Both the position numbers and the translations under genes were made by a program. DNA of 51,359 nucleotides from a virus (taxonomy: Duplodnaviria > Caudoviricetes). The notes under the pieces were generated by a model. It was not told where the DNA came from and searched no databases. It saw only the letters and a list, made by a program, of their open reading frames with translations. Below, piece after piece: positions 37,949 through 45,946 of the stretch. Each line of letters opens with the position of its first letter. The first letter of the stretch is position 1. The DNA lies in the IMG/VR virus record IMGVR_UViG_3300033405_000987, positions 1-51,359 of that record; one strand, 5' to 3'.

Positions 37949-38313
37949 TGCATGAACCCCGGCTTGGTGCCTGTCTTCAGAGCCTCCAGGACTTCCCGGG
38001 CCCGGTCCGTGGGAATCGTGTCATCATCCTGGCCACGGCTTTCCTGCGCTGCTTGCTCCTGACGCTGTTCGGCCTTGATCTCTTCCCAGGCCTCCAGGAT
38101 GTGCGCGCTGGTGGGGAAGTATTTGCTTTTGCTCCTGGCCCTGGAGGCCGCGGCCTCGAACTCATGCTGGCGCATATTTCGGCAGTCTGCGGCGTAATCG
38201 TCAGCCAGGAGGTCGAGCACCGCGACTTGCTTGGATCTCGGGTAATGCAGTGCCAATCGCTGGAGTACTTCCATGGCACTCGCCGGGGTGACTTTCAGAA
38301 AGTTCATGCTCAT
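37945..38313 (-). CDS. putative helicase loader/inhibitor
   Basis: Follows initiator; L...YP...SKYFPT.A.I motif; RBS AAAGGAG. Confidence 0.65.
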   Translation of the reverse strand: MSMNFLKVTPASAMEVLQRLALHYPRSKQVAVLDLLADDYAADCRNMRQHEFEAAASRARSKSKYFPTSAHILEAWEEIKAEQRQEQAAQESRGQDDDTIPTDRAREVLEALKTGTKPGFMQ

Positions 38314-39196
38314 TTTGCCGCTCCTTTCGACGTAATTTCTCAGCGATGTCGTCTATGGCCTTGGACTCGGGTGTTGCGTAGGCCGGCGGTGGTGCGGCCC
38401 TGGCCTCCGGGATCGGGTCTCTCCATCGCTGTTCGCGCAAATACTTCGACAGGCATGGAGCGAACCCGGTGCGCCATTGCTCGGTTCCGCAGCGTTGAGC
38501 GACGTCAGAAAGTACAGCCTGGATGCTGAACGACGGGGAGAATTGAAGGGATTTGAAGGCCTTGAAAGCGGGGATGAGATCGACACGACCGGCTGGGTAG
38601 CCGCTGACGAGATCCTGGAATTCGATCGGCATTGAATCCAGCTCAGGATAAATCTCTATCTCCCCCTCTTCTGGGCCTGGAGGTGGTGCGACCTCGCTTG
38701 GGGTATTACGACCAGAAGAAGGGAGATAGTCTTTATTCTTCGGAGAAGGAGTAGGAGTAGGAGAGGGAGAAGGGCATTGCTCCGAGCATGATTGAGCATT
38801 GCTTGTAGCATGCTCGGAGCATGATTGAGCATGCGTGCTTGTCTTTTTATACCGTGCATTCGCAGCCTTAGACGCTTTCTCGCTTCTCTCCTGGGCATGG
38901 GCGGCGTAGCCGTTGTGATCTTGCCAGTCGTGGACAGAGTAGGATCCGGGGGAACCGTCTAGGATTCGAAGGTCCATCAGAGCGGCAACAAACAGGCCCG
39001 GCTCACCAGACCAGCCTGCGGCAATCTCCACGTCCTCCCCATCCATGGACACCAGGTTGCCGTCAGGCTTGTTCGCAGCGACGAACCCCCAGAGACGCAG
39101 AAGACACCAGCAGCTCTTGTCCCCGCACCTACGCATAAGCTTGTGCGTCTTGGGATGGTCCGCGAAGGTAATTGCCACCCGGAAGTCCTTGTTCAT
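38201..39196 (-). CDS. replication initiation protein
   Basis: F..HPK, L..LW, HDW..HN, PSPSP linker with iterons, C-terminal YP...AF...YL...RW.D domain. Confidence 0.8.
   Translation of the reverse strand: MNKDFRVAITFADHPKTHKLMRRCGDKSCWCLLRLWGFVAANKPDGNLVSMDGEDVEIAAGWSGEPGLFVAALMDLRILDGSPGSYSVHDWQDHNGYAAHAQERSEKASKAANARYKKTSTHAQSCSEHATSNAQSCSEQCPSPSPTPTPSPKNKDYLPSSGRNTPSEVAPPPGPEEGEIEIYPELDSMPIEFQDLVSGYPAGRVDLIPAFKAFKSLQFSPSFSIQAVLSDVAQRCGTEQWRTGFAPCLSKYLREQRWRDPIPEARAAPPPAYATPESKAIDDIAEKLRRKERQNEHELSESHPGECHGSTPAIGTALPEIQASRGARPPG
38774..38840. repeat. replication origin iterons
   Basis: GAGCATGATTGAGCAT at 38784-38799 and 38817-38832, AGCAT with ~11-bp period, inside initiator gene next to purine run and AT patch. 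Confidence 0.7.
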
Positions 39197-39312
39197 TCCA
39201 TTTGCCTCTACGATTTACTTGGGGTCAGCGAAGCTCGATCTTACTAATGCCAACCATCGTGAATGCTCGCCCATATCCACATATTTACCATGCATGTCAC
39301 TAAAATAATTAA

Positions 39313-40164
39313 CTATACGCCATGCCGTACATATTTCTTCCCGTCAGCTACCGGCCGATCCAGGTGTGCGATGCAGCCCCAGGAGGTGATGCTGAGATGG
39401 TAAACGCCGGGATCTGGCGCGAGATCTCCCAGGATGGCCTTGCAGGCCACTCCCATGATGGAGCTTTTGCCTCCTGCAGTGAGCGAATAGGACTGCACTT
39501 CGTCAGACTCTGTCAGGCGGAAGGCCACGCATGTCCTGTCAGCCGAAACACGGACCTGAATCCGGGACTGTTTTTCCCAGCCGAGGATACGCTGCGCGGC
39601 CGCGTTGAAATTTATACGGTCCCTGGCCTTGTTGATTGAGATGCGCGGGTTTGAGCTGATGGGCCGCCGTGTGACGGGCTCGAAGTCATCCCAGGATGGT
39701 TCGGCCAGGGCCGGGAGGACAGAGGTGTCCGCGATTAGGGCTACTTCATTCGAAACGGGAACGACCTCGGCAGGTGGCGTTGCCACTTGCTTGGCCTTCT
39801 TCCATGGCTCCTGCTTCCAGCACCTGTAACACCACCACCCTTTCACCTCGGATCCGTATAGGGTGACGCCATGCTGTCCGCATGTGCAGTTCCCGGTCTT
39901 CATGGCCATGGGTCCCTCCTTGGGGAGAATATTGGGGATGCCGCAGTCCCGGCAGGCGCGGTCCCAGATCTCGCGCTTGTTGGCGCGACACTCAGTGTTG
40001 GTGACCTGGGTGCGAAGCTTTGAGCACCACCAGGGCTCGTTGCGTTTCTGGCGATGTGCGGTCTGGATGGCCAGGCCCTCCATGTGTCCATGTGGGGAAA
40101 TACGGCCTGAAATGACGGCCTCGGGGACGTTGTCCATGCTCATCCGCGCCTCCAGCGTCTCCAC
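39313..40164 (-). CDS. hypothetical protein (Cys-rich N-terminus, beta C-terminal domain)
   Basis: 283 aa in cro operon; exact start uncertain. Confidence 0.6.
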   Translation of the reverse strand: METLEARMSMDNVPEAVISGRISPHGHMEGLAIQTAHRQKRNEPWWCSKLRTQVTNTECRANKREIWDRACRDCGIPNILPKEGPMAMKTGNCTCGQHGVTLYGSEVKGWWCYRCWKQEPWKKAKQVATPPAEVVPVSNEVALIADTSVLPALAEPSWDDFEPVTRRPISSNPRISINKARDRINFNAAAQRILGWEKQSRIQVRVSADRTCVAFRLTESDEVQSYSLTAGGKSSIMGVACKAILGDLAPDPGVYHLSITSWGCIAHLDRPVADGKKYVRHGV

Positions 40165-40631
40165 CAGCTATGCTTGGCTGGAGCCGCAACCTTGCTCAGG
40201 GCCGGCCCTCTTCTCCGGTACATCACCACCTCGGAACGGCGTTGCATCCAGAGCGTCTCCAGGGCCTCGACCGCGGCTTCGCGCACGGGAGACAGGGCCT
40301 GGTAATCGTCTCCCCGGGCATGAGCCTCCAGGAAATCTGTGACCGCCCGGAGGGCCTGCATGTGATGGATGTCGCGAGAGATGGGCTCAGGCCTGGATAG
40401 CGTGTAGCCAAGGAGCGCGGCCAAGGCCTGAAGAGGACGGTGGTCCTTAGTCAGGACCATGATGCGCACGGCGTCCGCGAATCCGAGTTTGGCCTTGGAC
40501 TCACGCGAGAGGGAAAGTTCGTCGTACAGCGTGCTTGGGGCCTTATCGAGTTGCGGAGCCAGGTCCTTAACTGGGTAAGCCAATGCCGCTGCCTGAATCG
40601 CTTCTAGGGCTGTTCGTAAACCGTCCATCAC
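40140..40631 (-). CDS. CII-like phage regulatory protein
   Basis: K.LA..L.K..STLY.EL......AKLG..DA..IM..T.D..PL..LA..LGY. Confidence 0.75.
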   Translation of the reverse strand: MMDGLRTALEAIQAAALAYPVKDLAPQLDKAPSTLYDELSLSRESKAKLGFADAVRIMVLTKDHRPLQALAALLGYTLSRPEPISRDIHHMQALRAVTDFLEAHARGDDYQALSPVREAAVEALETLWMQRRSEVVMYRRRGPALSKVAAPAKHSWWRRWRRG

Positions 40632-40672
40632 TTTACGGTTTCCTTTTGCTTATGGGCCAGTATTTTGCGGTC

Positions 40673-40873
40673 ATGGATATCAGCGTGAGCTTCGGTGTCG
40701 GCCCGAGCGGCAATGTGGCCCTGGTCCGATTTAAGGGAGTTGGCCAGCGCCCGGAATTCCGCTCGCTGCCTTTGGCCGGACCACCCGAAGAGTCTGTAAA
40801 CGAGATAGAGGCATTCATTCTGGCGCACCTGGAGGGTCCTGCTCAGTGGCAGGGTTGGTTATGGGAGGCGTAG
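40673..40873 (+). CDS. small antisense hypothetical protein
   Basis: MDISVSFG... 66 aa, protein-like composition, weak RBS. Confidence 0.35.
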   Translation: MDISVSFGVGPSGNVALVRFKGVGQRPEFRSLPLAGPPEESVNEIEAFILAHLEGPAQWQGWLWEA

Positions 40874-41018
40874 GGAGTGCGCCGGCTGCGTGCGTCGCCA
40901 TGGACTCGACGTCGCGGAACCATGAGCACCTTGTGCGCCGAGCATTGAGCCCCAAGCGGCAGACGTCGTCAGGTGTGAGCGCACCCGGACGAGAGTTGGA
41001 ACAGCGAGCGCAATTCAT
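40815..41018 (-). CDS. small Cys-rich hypothetical protein
   Basis: MNCARC..C.L....C start directly after upstream stop, RBS GGTGAG. Confidence 0.5.
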   Translation of the reverse strand: MNCARCSNSRPGALTPDDVCRLGLNARRTRCSWFRDVESMATHAAGALPTPPITNPATEQDPPGAPE

Positions 41019-41019
41019 G

Positions 41020-41592
41020 TCACTCACCACGGGTGAGCAGACGGAACAGGATTTCGGACTGGGCTTTTCTTTCAGCGTCCCTGGCAACGTCCCAGGCAAC
41101 GTCCCAGGCAGCGTCCCTGGCAGCGGCCCTGGAAGCGGCCCTGGCAACGTCCCTGGCAGCGGCCCTGGCAACGTCCCAGGCAACGTCCCTGGCAACGTCC
41201 CAGGCAACGTCCCAGGCAGCGGCCCAGGCAGCGGCCCAGGCAGCGGACCTCTCTTCTTCTGTCGCTTGCCCGCGGGCAAAACGACGGGATACCTCAATGG
41301 CTTGGCGAGGGCGCGAGTCATTGGGAAATTTTCGCTCAAAAATCGGCAAAACCCGCTCTGCGCACTCGCAGGCGAACAAACGAGCGAGCTTATCCCGCTC
41401 TACCTCACAATCTGGATGGACATACGATATTGCCCACAGGACATGCTCCATCGGGTTAGAGCAAAGGCCATGGGCCAGTGGGATGGGCTCATCCATTCCG
41501 TGTCGCGGGGGCAGCCCCGCACGGAGGAGCTTGTAGCCATCAGTGCAGGCTCCGGCATCTTTCAGGATGCGCAGGGTGGTGTAGATTGTCAT
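41020..41592 (-). CDS. Imm5-like phage protein with AAW/AAR repeats
   Basis: [19 protein letters not shown]...P.D.RPR.AI..R.FA.G, then (A/D)(A/V)A(W/R) repeats. Confidence 0.8.
   Translation of the reverse strand: MTIYTTLRILKDAGACTDGYKLLRAGLPPRHGMDEPIPLAHGLCSNPMEHVLWAISYVHPDCEVERDKLARLFACECAERVLPIFERKFPNDSRPRQAIEVSRRFARGQATEEERSAAWAAAWAAAWDVAWDVARDVAWDVARAAARDVARAASRAAARDAAWDVAWDVARDAERKAQSEILFRLLTRGE
41072..41251. repeat. 12-bp coding tandem repeat, ~14-15 units
   Basis: GCA(A/G)CG(T/G)CCC(A/T)G units. Confidence 0.9.
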
Positions 41593-41595
41593 TCC

Positions 41596-41712
41596 CTACT
41601 CCTCGCCCTCTCGGGCCGTTACAGGTTGCACCAACCACCGCACGCCCTCCCAGAGCGCGAATCCAACGCAGCCCACGGCGTAGGCGGTGAGCAGGGGGCG
41701 GATGAGGGTCAT
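41596..41712 (-). CDS. small membrane peptide (38 aa)
   Basis: MTLIRPLLTAYAVGCVGFALWEGVRWLVQ...; ATGA overlap upstream, ends at next gene's RBS. Confidence 0.5.
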   Translation of the reverse strand: MTLIRPLLTAYAVGCVGFALWEGVRWLVQPVTAREGEE

Positions 41713-41912
41713 GAGGGAGCCGACGCCATCAGAAGCGACGCGAGGTGCGCGGCCTGTTCATCCGTCAGGAAGAACACGTGATGACTCCCCTCCTGAAATG
41801 TGGAAAGGCAAATCGAGCCGTCATTCGTGCGGCAAATGCCTATCCGGCGCTCCGTGTACTCGGGGAAATTGATCCCGTGTTCATGAATCCATGCGCCCTG
41901 GGAGTGGGTCAT
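41709..41912 (-). CDS. hypothetical protein
   Basis: Start MTHSQG at 41912 with GGAG RBS. Confidence 0.5.
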   Translation of the reverse strand: MTHSQGAWIHEHGINFPEYTERRIGICRTNDGSICLSTFQEGSHHVFFLTDEQAAHLASLLMASAPS

Positions 41913-42198
41913 GATTTCTGTCTCCAATATACTGGGTCTTGGGAAAGCATATGGGTGGGTGAAGTCTTGGCCTATCTTCTCAATTCCAGGCCGGGTTTGC
42001 TCCCTGGAGAAACGCATCCAAGAGATGGAAGAGAGGTTGAACGTCCCTCGCTCACAAAATGCGTGTCCAGCGTGCGGGGAAAGCACGTTCTTTGTGGTGA
42101 ACTCGCATTATACAGGCGCACAGGGCAGCGGCATGAAGCGCCGGACCTACAAGTGCAAATCCTGCGGTTTTGTGGAGTCGAGAGATGAGAAACCATGA
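41911..42198 (+). CDS. zinc-ribbon protein, antisense to cro operon
   Basis: CPACG...YKCKSCGF, RBS GGGAG. Confidence 0.65.
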   Translation: MISVSNILGLGKAYGWVKSWPIFSIPGRVCSLEKRIQEMEERLNVPRSQNACPACGESTFFVVNSHYTGAQGSGMKRRTYKCKSCGFVESRDEKP

Positions 42199-42210
42199 CC
42201 GTTCGCGCGC

Positions 42211-42489
42211 TCATATGCCGCTCCTGGACAAGGCCGCGGGTGGCGCGGTATCTGTTTCGCAAACGCTACATCGTGCGCCGTTCGGATCTTCGATGTCAGC
42301 CGCGATGATGTCCCAAAGATCGCTGCTCACCTGGCTGCATTTGAGTATGCGGTAAACGGCGGTATGGCTCTTGCCTATTCGCTTGGCATAAGGGTGCACG
42401 CCAAGTCCAAGGGCCTTCAGATGGGATTCGAGAGCTTGTTTCCTTTTGACCCTCTGTGCCCGTAAGATTTCCGCTTGGTTGGTTTTCAT
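42211..42489 (-). CDS. cro: Cro-like HTH regulator
   Basis: Divergent from cI; HTH YAKRIGKSHTAVYRIL; ATG 42489 just downstream of PR -10 (probably leaderless). Confidence 0.65.
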   Translation of the reverse strand: MKTNQAEILRAQRVKRKQALESHLKALGLGVHPYAKRIGKSHTAVYRILKCSQVSSDLWDIIAADIEDPNGARCSVCETDTAPPAALSRSGI

Positions 42490-42495
42490 GGGCAT

Positions 42496-42546
42496 TTGAT
42501 AGCGCAATCGCTACAGGAGCACAAGTGAAAAAGACCAGATCGCTAC
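42496..42546 (-). promoter_or_regulatory. PR promoter with operators OR1 (42499-42514) and OR2 (42531-42546)
   Basis: Minus TTGTGC-17-TATCAA; ATAGCG-N4-CGCTAC palindrome in spacer; second half-site CGCTAC 32 bp away. Confidence 0.7.
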
Positions 42547-42581
42547 ATGACGGAGGGGGCGAATTGGGCCAAACGGCAAAT

Positions 42582-43340
42582 ATGCCAAGCTGGAACGATA
42601 CCGCCAGGAAACTGCGAGACCGGATTGATGGAAAGCTTTTTCCGAACCCTAGCGCCTTCGCCACGCAGACCGGCATGACCAAGTCCGACAGGGCGACCCT
42701 CTACAAGTTCATAAACGGCACATCAAAAAGCCCCTACGCACATAATTTCGTAGACTGGCTTGATAAGGTCGGAGGGCGCATCGTCTTTCCAGATGAGGAG
42801 GACTTGGTTCCGAGCAAAGAAATTCAGTTCACGGCTCCGAAGATCGTCCAGGCGGGGGAAGGGAAGCCACCGGAGAGTTCAGATTATTTGGCTGTGCCCT
42901 TGGCCGCTGGGGCAGTCGCGGCCGGACGAGGCCTAGTCCCTGAGGATGCGATAAGAGGCTGGATTCTCGTCTACCGCCATCAGGATTCGATACGGTTCCG
43001 TTCGAACTTGATTGCCGTGGAGGTGGGTAAGGGCCAGGATTCCATGACGCCGACGATATTCCCTGGCGATATCCTGCTCGTGGATCGTAGCGATTTCGAT
43101 CAGGGGTTTAAGCACCCCGGGAATATATTCCTTTGCCGGGAACCACGGGACAATGAAGTCATGGTCAAGCGCGTCGTGCTACAAAAGGCAAACGGAGGGA
43201 CAAACGTCATGTTTTATAGTGACAATTCAATTGAGTATCCTCCTCAAGTATTCAACCTGGAGGAGCATTACGAAAGTGACATTGGGAGGGCCATTATAGG
43301 ACGAGTGGTTTGGTCATGGTCGGACATGTCACGGCGTTAG
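42582..43340 (+). CDS. cI: CI-like repressor (HTH + S24 autopeptidase)
   Basis: N-terminal HTH; VAAG cleavage site, DSM.P.I.PGD.LLVD, VKR, SDN, IIGRVVW. Confidence 0.9.
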   Translation: MPSWNDTARKLRDRIDGKLFPNPSAFATQTGMTKSDRATLYKFINGTSKSPYAHNFVDWLDKVGGRIVFPDEEDLVPSKEIQFTAPKIVQAGEGKPPESSDYLAVPLAAGAVAAGRGLVPEDAIRGWILVYRHQDSIRFRSNLIAVEVGKGQDSMTPTIFPGDILLVDRSDFDQGFKHPGNIFLCREPRDNEVMVKRVVLQKANGGTNVMFYSDNSIEYPPQVFNLEEHYESDIGRAIIGRVVWSWSDMSRR

Positions 43341-44234
43341 GTCACGCTGCCCAATACCAGACACGAGCCAATCCAGAGACACGCCGCGCCGTAAATGTGC
43401 CTCAATCAGCCACGATACAGGGGGGAGTTCGTCTTTTTTTCGAGCTCGGCTGATACTCGACTGAGATGTATTTAGTGCCATTGCAAGTTTTTTGTCAGAA
43501 CTGCACCCTAACCCATCACAAAGGCGATCAATAACAACATCGCCAACGATAGTGGCTACCCTGGTAACAAGATAATATCTTTCTACTACAAATGGTTGGA
43601 AGTACAATTCAATCATACATCGCTTTATACCATTTACCCGTTTTACGCTGAATGTACCGTAGTGCACCTCCCCAAGATGTAGTTTTGCCGACTGAATCAA
43701 GTCAAAAAAAGTCCCCTGCGAATCATTGGGAAAAATGCTTATTATATCTGTACCTGCTGACATAGTATTCCCAAGGCTATTCCTATCTACCTTACACCAA
43801 ATCAATTTAAGTTCACCATCAAGAGCCCAGAGATTGTCAGCAATCCCTTTGCGTCTTTGCGACATTATACGCTCCTCCCATCCCCTGCGTGCGGTCGCAT
43901 CAAACACGATGTCGAAGCTGACAGACTCCTCCTCTGGGCACTCCACAGGTATAGAGTGACAGAGCAGGACTAGGGACTGGCTACCCACGCGGACAAGCCG
44001 TTCCACATTGCCAGATTCTCCTGAGGCTGCGGCCGTTTGCGTCACTTGTCTGATATCCACATCATTGATTATACCCCATAAGTCCCCCCCCTCCAAAATT
44101 TCGTGTTTTCCTACCAGCCGGGAAAAATTCAAATTGGCAAATAATATCCGACCGTTGCGGTGTATCACAATGGGCATTCCGAATGATTTAGCGAGGTTAA
44201 TTAATCCTACTGAAGTGGTTGGGGTTGCGCGCAT
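43329..44234 (-). CDS. PAS-PAS-HTH transcriptional regulator (C-terminal phage CI-type HTH)
   Basis: PIVIHRNGRILFAN..F..L.G ... DATARR..EE (PAS + linker), second PAS-like unit, IDRL....G..SD..LA..L...QSSIS.A...P..W.......GVSLDWL..G.G. Confidence 0.8.
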   Translation of the reverse strand: MRATPTTSVGLINLAKSFGMPIVIHRNGRILFANLNFSRLVGKHEILEGGDLWGIINDVDIRQVTQTAAASGESGNVERLVRVGSQSLVLLCHSIPVECPEEESVSFDIVFDATARRGWEERIMSQRRKGIADNLWALDGELKLIWCKVDRNSLGNTMSAGTDIISIFPNDSQGTFFDLIQSAKLHLGEVHYGTFSVKRVNGIKRCMIELYFQPFVVERYYLVTRVATIVGDVVIDRLCDGLGCSSDKKLAMALNTSQSSISRARKKDELPPVSWLIEAHLRRGVSLDWLVSGIGQRDLTP

Positions 44235-44331
44235 GGCAATTTAATTATCCAAAGCGCAACTTTTTGCCAGGGTATTCCCAAATCATTTTCCCTCTGCCAG
44301 AATGTAACATCTTCGTTCGGGAGGGACTCGC

Positions 44332-44613
44332 ATGGTAGGATGTGTAAATATTGGCGAGGCTTGCGCCAGGATCGTCGCAACTGAAGTGGAAGCGATCACC
44401 AGTGCTGTTGAGCAAGCGAAAGAACACGCCAGCCGGCTGGCTCGCGCGATCGAGCTGCTGGCGCAAGCGTCTGCACGTGGAGACCTAGCTGCTGCGCTGG
44501 TTATCCCTGGGGTAAAAGAAACTCTCTTGGACACCAAAAACAAGCTTATCCTCTCTGGGATTGGCCTTGGCTTCGCTACTCCTCTCGACAAGCTCGCGAA
44601 CCGTCTCGCTTAA
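44332..44613 (+). CDS. small helical protein divergent from PAS-HTH regulator
   Basis: RBS GGGAGGG, 93 aa, followed by own terminator. Confidence 0.65.
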   Translation: MVGCVNIGEACARIVATEVEAITSAVEQAKEHASRLARAIELLAQASARGDLAAALVIPGVKETLLDTKNKLILSGIGLGFATPLDKLANRLA

Positions 44614-44629
44614 TTCCTGCCGCCTGCTC

Positions 44630-44667
44630 AACAAATAGGCCCGGAAAACACTCCGGGCCTATTTGTT
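44630..44667. terminator. bidirectional intrinsic terminator
   Basis: Perfect 16-bp inverted repeat AACAAATAGGCCCGGA-6nt-TCCGGGCCTATTTGTT. Confidence 0.85.
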
Positions 44668-44715
44668 ACTCAATCGCTATTTTCCCCTTGATCTTAGTAG
44701 CGAATGCGCTACTAT
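44665..44715 (+). promoter_or_regulatory. PL promoter with operators OL1 (44697-44712) and OL2 (44665-44680)
   Basis: TTGATC-16-TACTAT; perfect TAGTAGCG-AATG-CGCTACTA palindrome in spacer; second site CAATCGCTAT 32 bp upstream. Confidence 0.75.
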
Positions 44716-44841
44716 CCATCTCAACGACACGCCAAACGCGGTGAGGCCATGCGAACGACCCAAACCCTTCGGGGGCCAGCGCCAAACAAGCGGCGGTGGT
44801 GGGAAGGGGAAGGCCACAAGCTAGCGGGCGCAGGACGAGGC

Positions 44842-44965
44842 GATCATTGACAGCTTGAGGTTCGAAAGGATGGCGGCTGAACCGAGGGAAACCATTAGGG
44901 GAGGCTGCGGCGGAGGACACCAACCAGGCTATCCACGCCGCCCGCCATCCTCCCGAGCCTCAAGC
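44842..44965 (+). ncRNA. structured PL leader RNA with boxA-like element
   Basis: GATCATTGACA then long stem 44853-44876 pairing with 44942-44965. Confidence 0.45.
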
Positions 44966-44976
44966 GGGTGGGCGAA

Positions 44977-45189
44977 TCAGATCACACGCTGGAATTGGAA
45001 GCCGTCCCGGATGTTCTCGGCGAAGTAGCTCCCCTTGGAGCTGGCGGCCATAAGGCCATCGAACATGTAACGCGGGACCTGGAAGTAACGGTAGACGGTG
45101 CCGGAATGGAACTCGACCTCAAGGGTGCCAGACAGGGTGTCGAAGCCGACGGAAGCCAGGTTCGAAGATGAGACGGGGGTCCTGTTCAT
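44977..45189 (-). CDS. KTSC domain protein
   Basis: V.SSN..SVG.D....LEVEF.SG.VY.Y..VP......L..A.SKGSYF...IR; RBS AGGAGG. Confidence 0.9.
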   Translation of the reverse strand: MNRTPVSSSNLASVGFDTLSGTLEVEFHSGTVYRYFQVPRYMFDGLMAASSKGSYFAENIRDGFQFQRVI

Positions 45190-45352
45190 GGGTGATTTCC
45201 CTCCTGAGAAGGATCGCGTTGAGCGGCTGAGTGAGGCCGAAATCATGGCCCTGTTCGAAAGCTACGGGTTCCGTGACCCGGAGGGCCACACGCTGACCAA
45301 GTGCCTTGATTTTCAGATTTTGGTCAAGCGTGCCGTGGGTCACGGCGAGTAA
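45188..45352 (+). CDS. small hypothetical protein
   Basis: Y.FRD..GH.L..C.DF..LV motif; RBS GGGGG. Confidence 0.6.
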   Translation: MGDFPPEKDRVERLSEAEIMALFESYGFRDPEGHTLTKCLDFQILVKRAVGHGE

Positions 45353-45560
45353 CGAATTTCCCCGGCACATCGCGGTGGTGGGACCGGGACAACCCTCTAA
45401 CCCCAAAATGGCAGGTGGTGTCATGGAGGGCCGGCCCTTCCCCGCCGGGCTTGTAGGCGGGGAGCACCTCCCTCAGAGGCGCATGGCTGGAGAGATTGAG
45501 TGTAGGGGCCCGAGGGTGGAATGCACCTCGACCCTCGGGCCAACAAAAGGGAGGCGGACC

Positions 45561-45680
45561 ATGTGCTACGTCGACAAGAACCACGAGTGGACCGATGTGC
45601 CCGCTGCACTGATCCATGTACTGGCCCTGGCCGTCGTTTTCATACTCTGTTTGGCCTGCGCCATCGTCCTGGGAGGGTGA
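45561..45680 (+). CDS. small single-TM protein
   Basis: RBS AGGGAGG; hydrophobic C-terminus. Confidence 0.6.
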   Translation: MCYVDKNHEWTDVPAALIHVLALAVVFILCLACAIVLGG

Positions 45681-45683
45681 ACA

Positions 45684-45944
45684 ATGGAACACATCTGCGG
45701 AAACTGCTCAAACTGGGATACCCATGACGGTCTGTATGGAACATGCGACGAAATCAGGGATGCCATGGGCCTGACCCCACTTCGGACAACGGGACTCATC
45801 TCATGCGTTACCAAGTCCCAGGGCAGTTGCACCCACTTCGACACCAGTGCGGCAGCGATTCAGGAAGAGCAGGCCGAGGCCGCATACCTCGCGGACCTGA
45901 ACCGTGGGGCCGGAATAGACTATCCGGCGAGCCTGGGGGTGTAG
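45684..45944 (+). CDS. Cys-rich hypothetical protein
   Basis: CGNC..W....G.C...C..F; RBS GGAGG. Confidence 0.65.
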   Translation: MEHICGNCSNWDTHDGLYGTCDEIRDAMGLTPLRTTGLISCVTKSQGSCTHFDTSAAAIQEEQAEAAYLADLNRGAGIDYPASLGV

Positions 45945-45946
45945 CC

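Noticed and set aside
39223-39232. Third copy of the late repeat (GGTCAGCGAA)
   Set aside because: Only 10 bp match and the CTAAG half is missing.
40672-40675. Third shared-CATG divergent pair
   Set aside because: The minus ORF would be 13 aa with no RBS, and the plus ORF RBS is weak.
41072-41251. CRISPR-like array, or PGTL/PGNV repeat proteins in other frames
   Set aside because: Contiguous 12-bp units without spacers; only the AAW/AAR frame continues a recognisable protein.
44254-44271. Sigma-54 promoter (TGGCA...TTGC on minus strand) for the PAS regulator
   Set aside because: Only 9 nt between GG and GC; 10 are required.
45507-45541. tRNA-like element
   Set aside because: Single hairpin only, with no cloverleaf or T-loop consensus.
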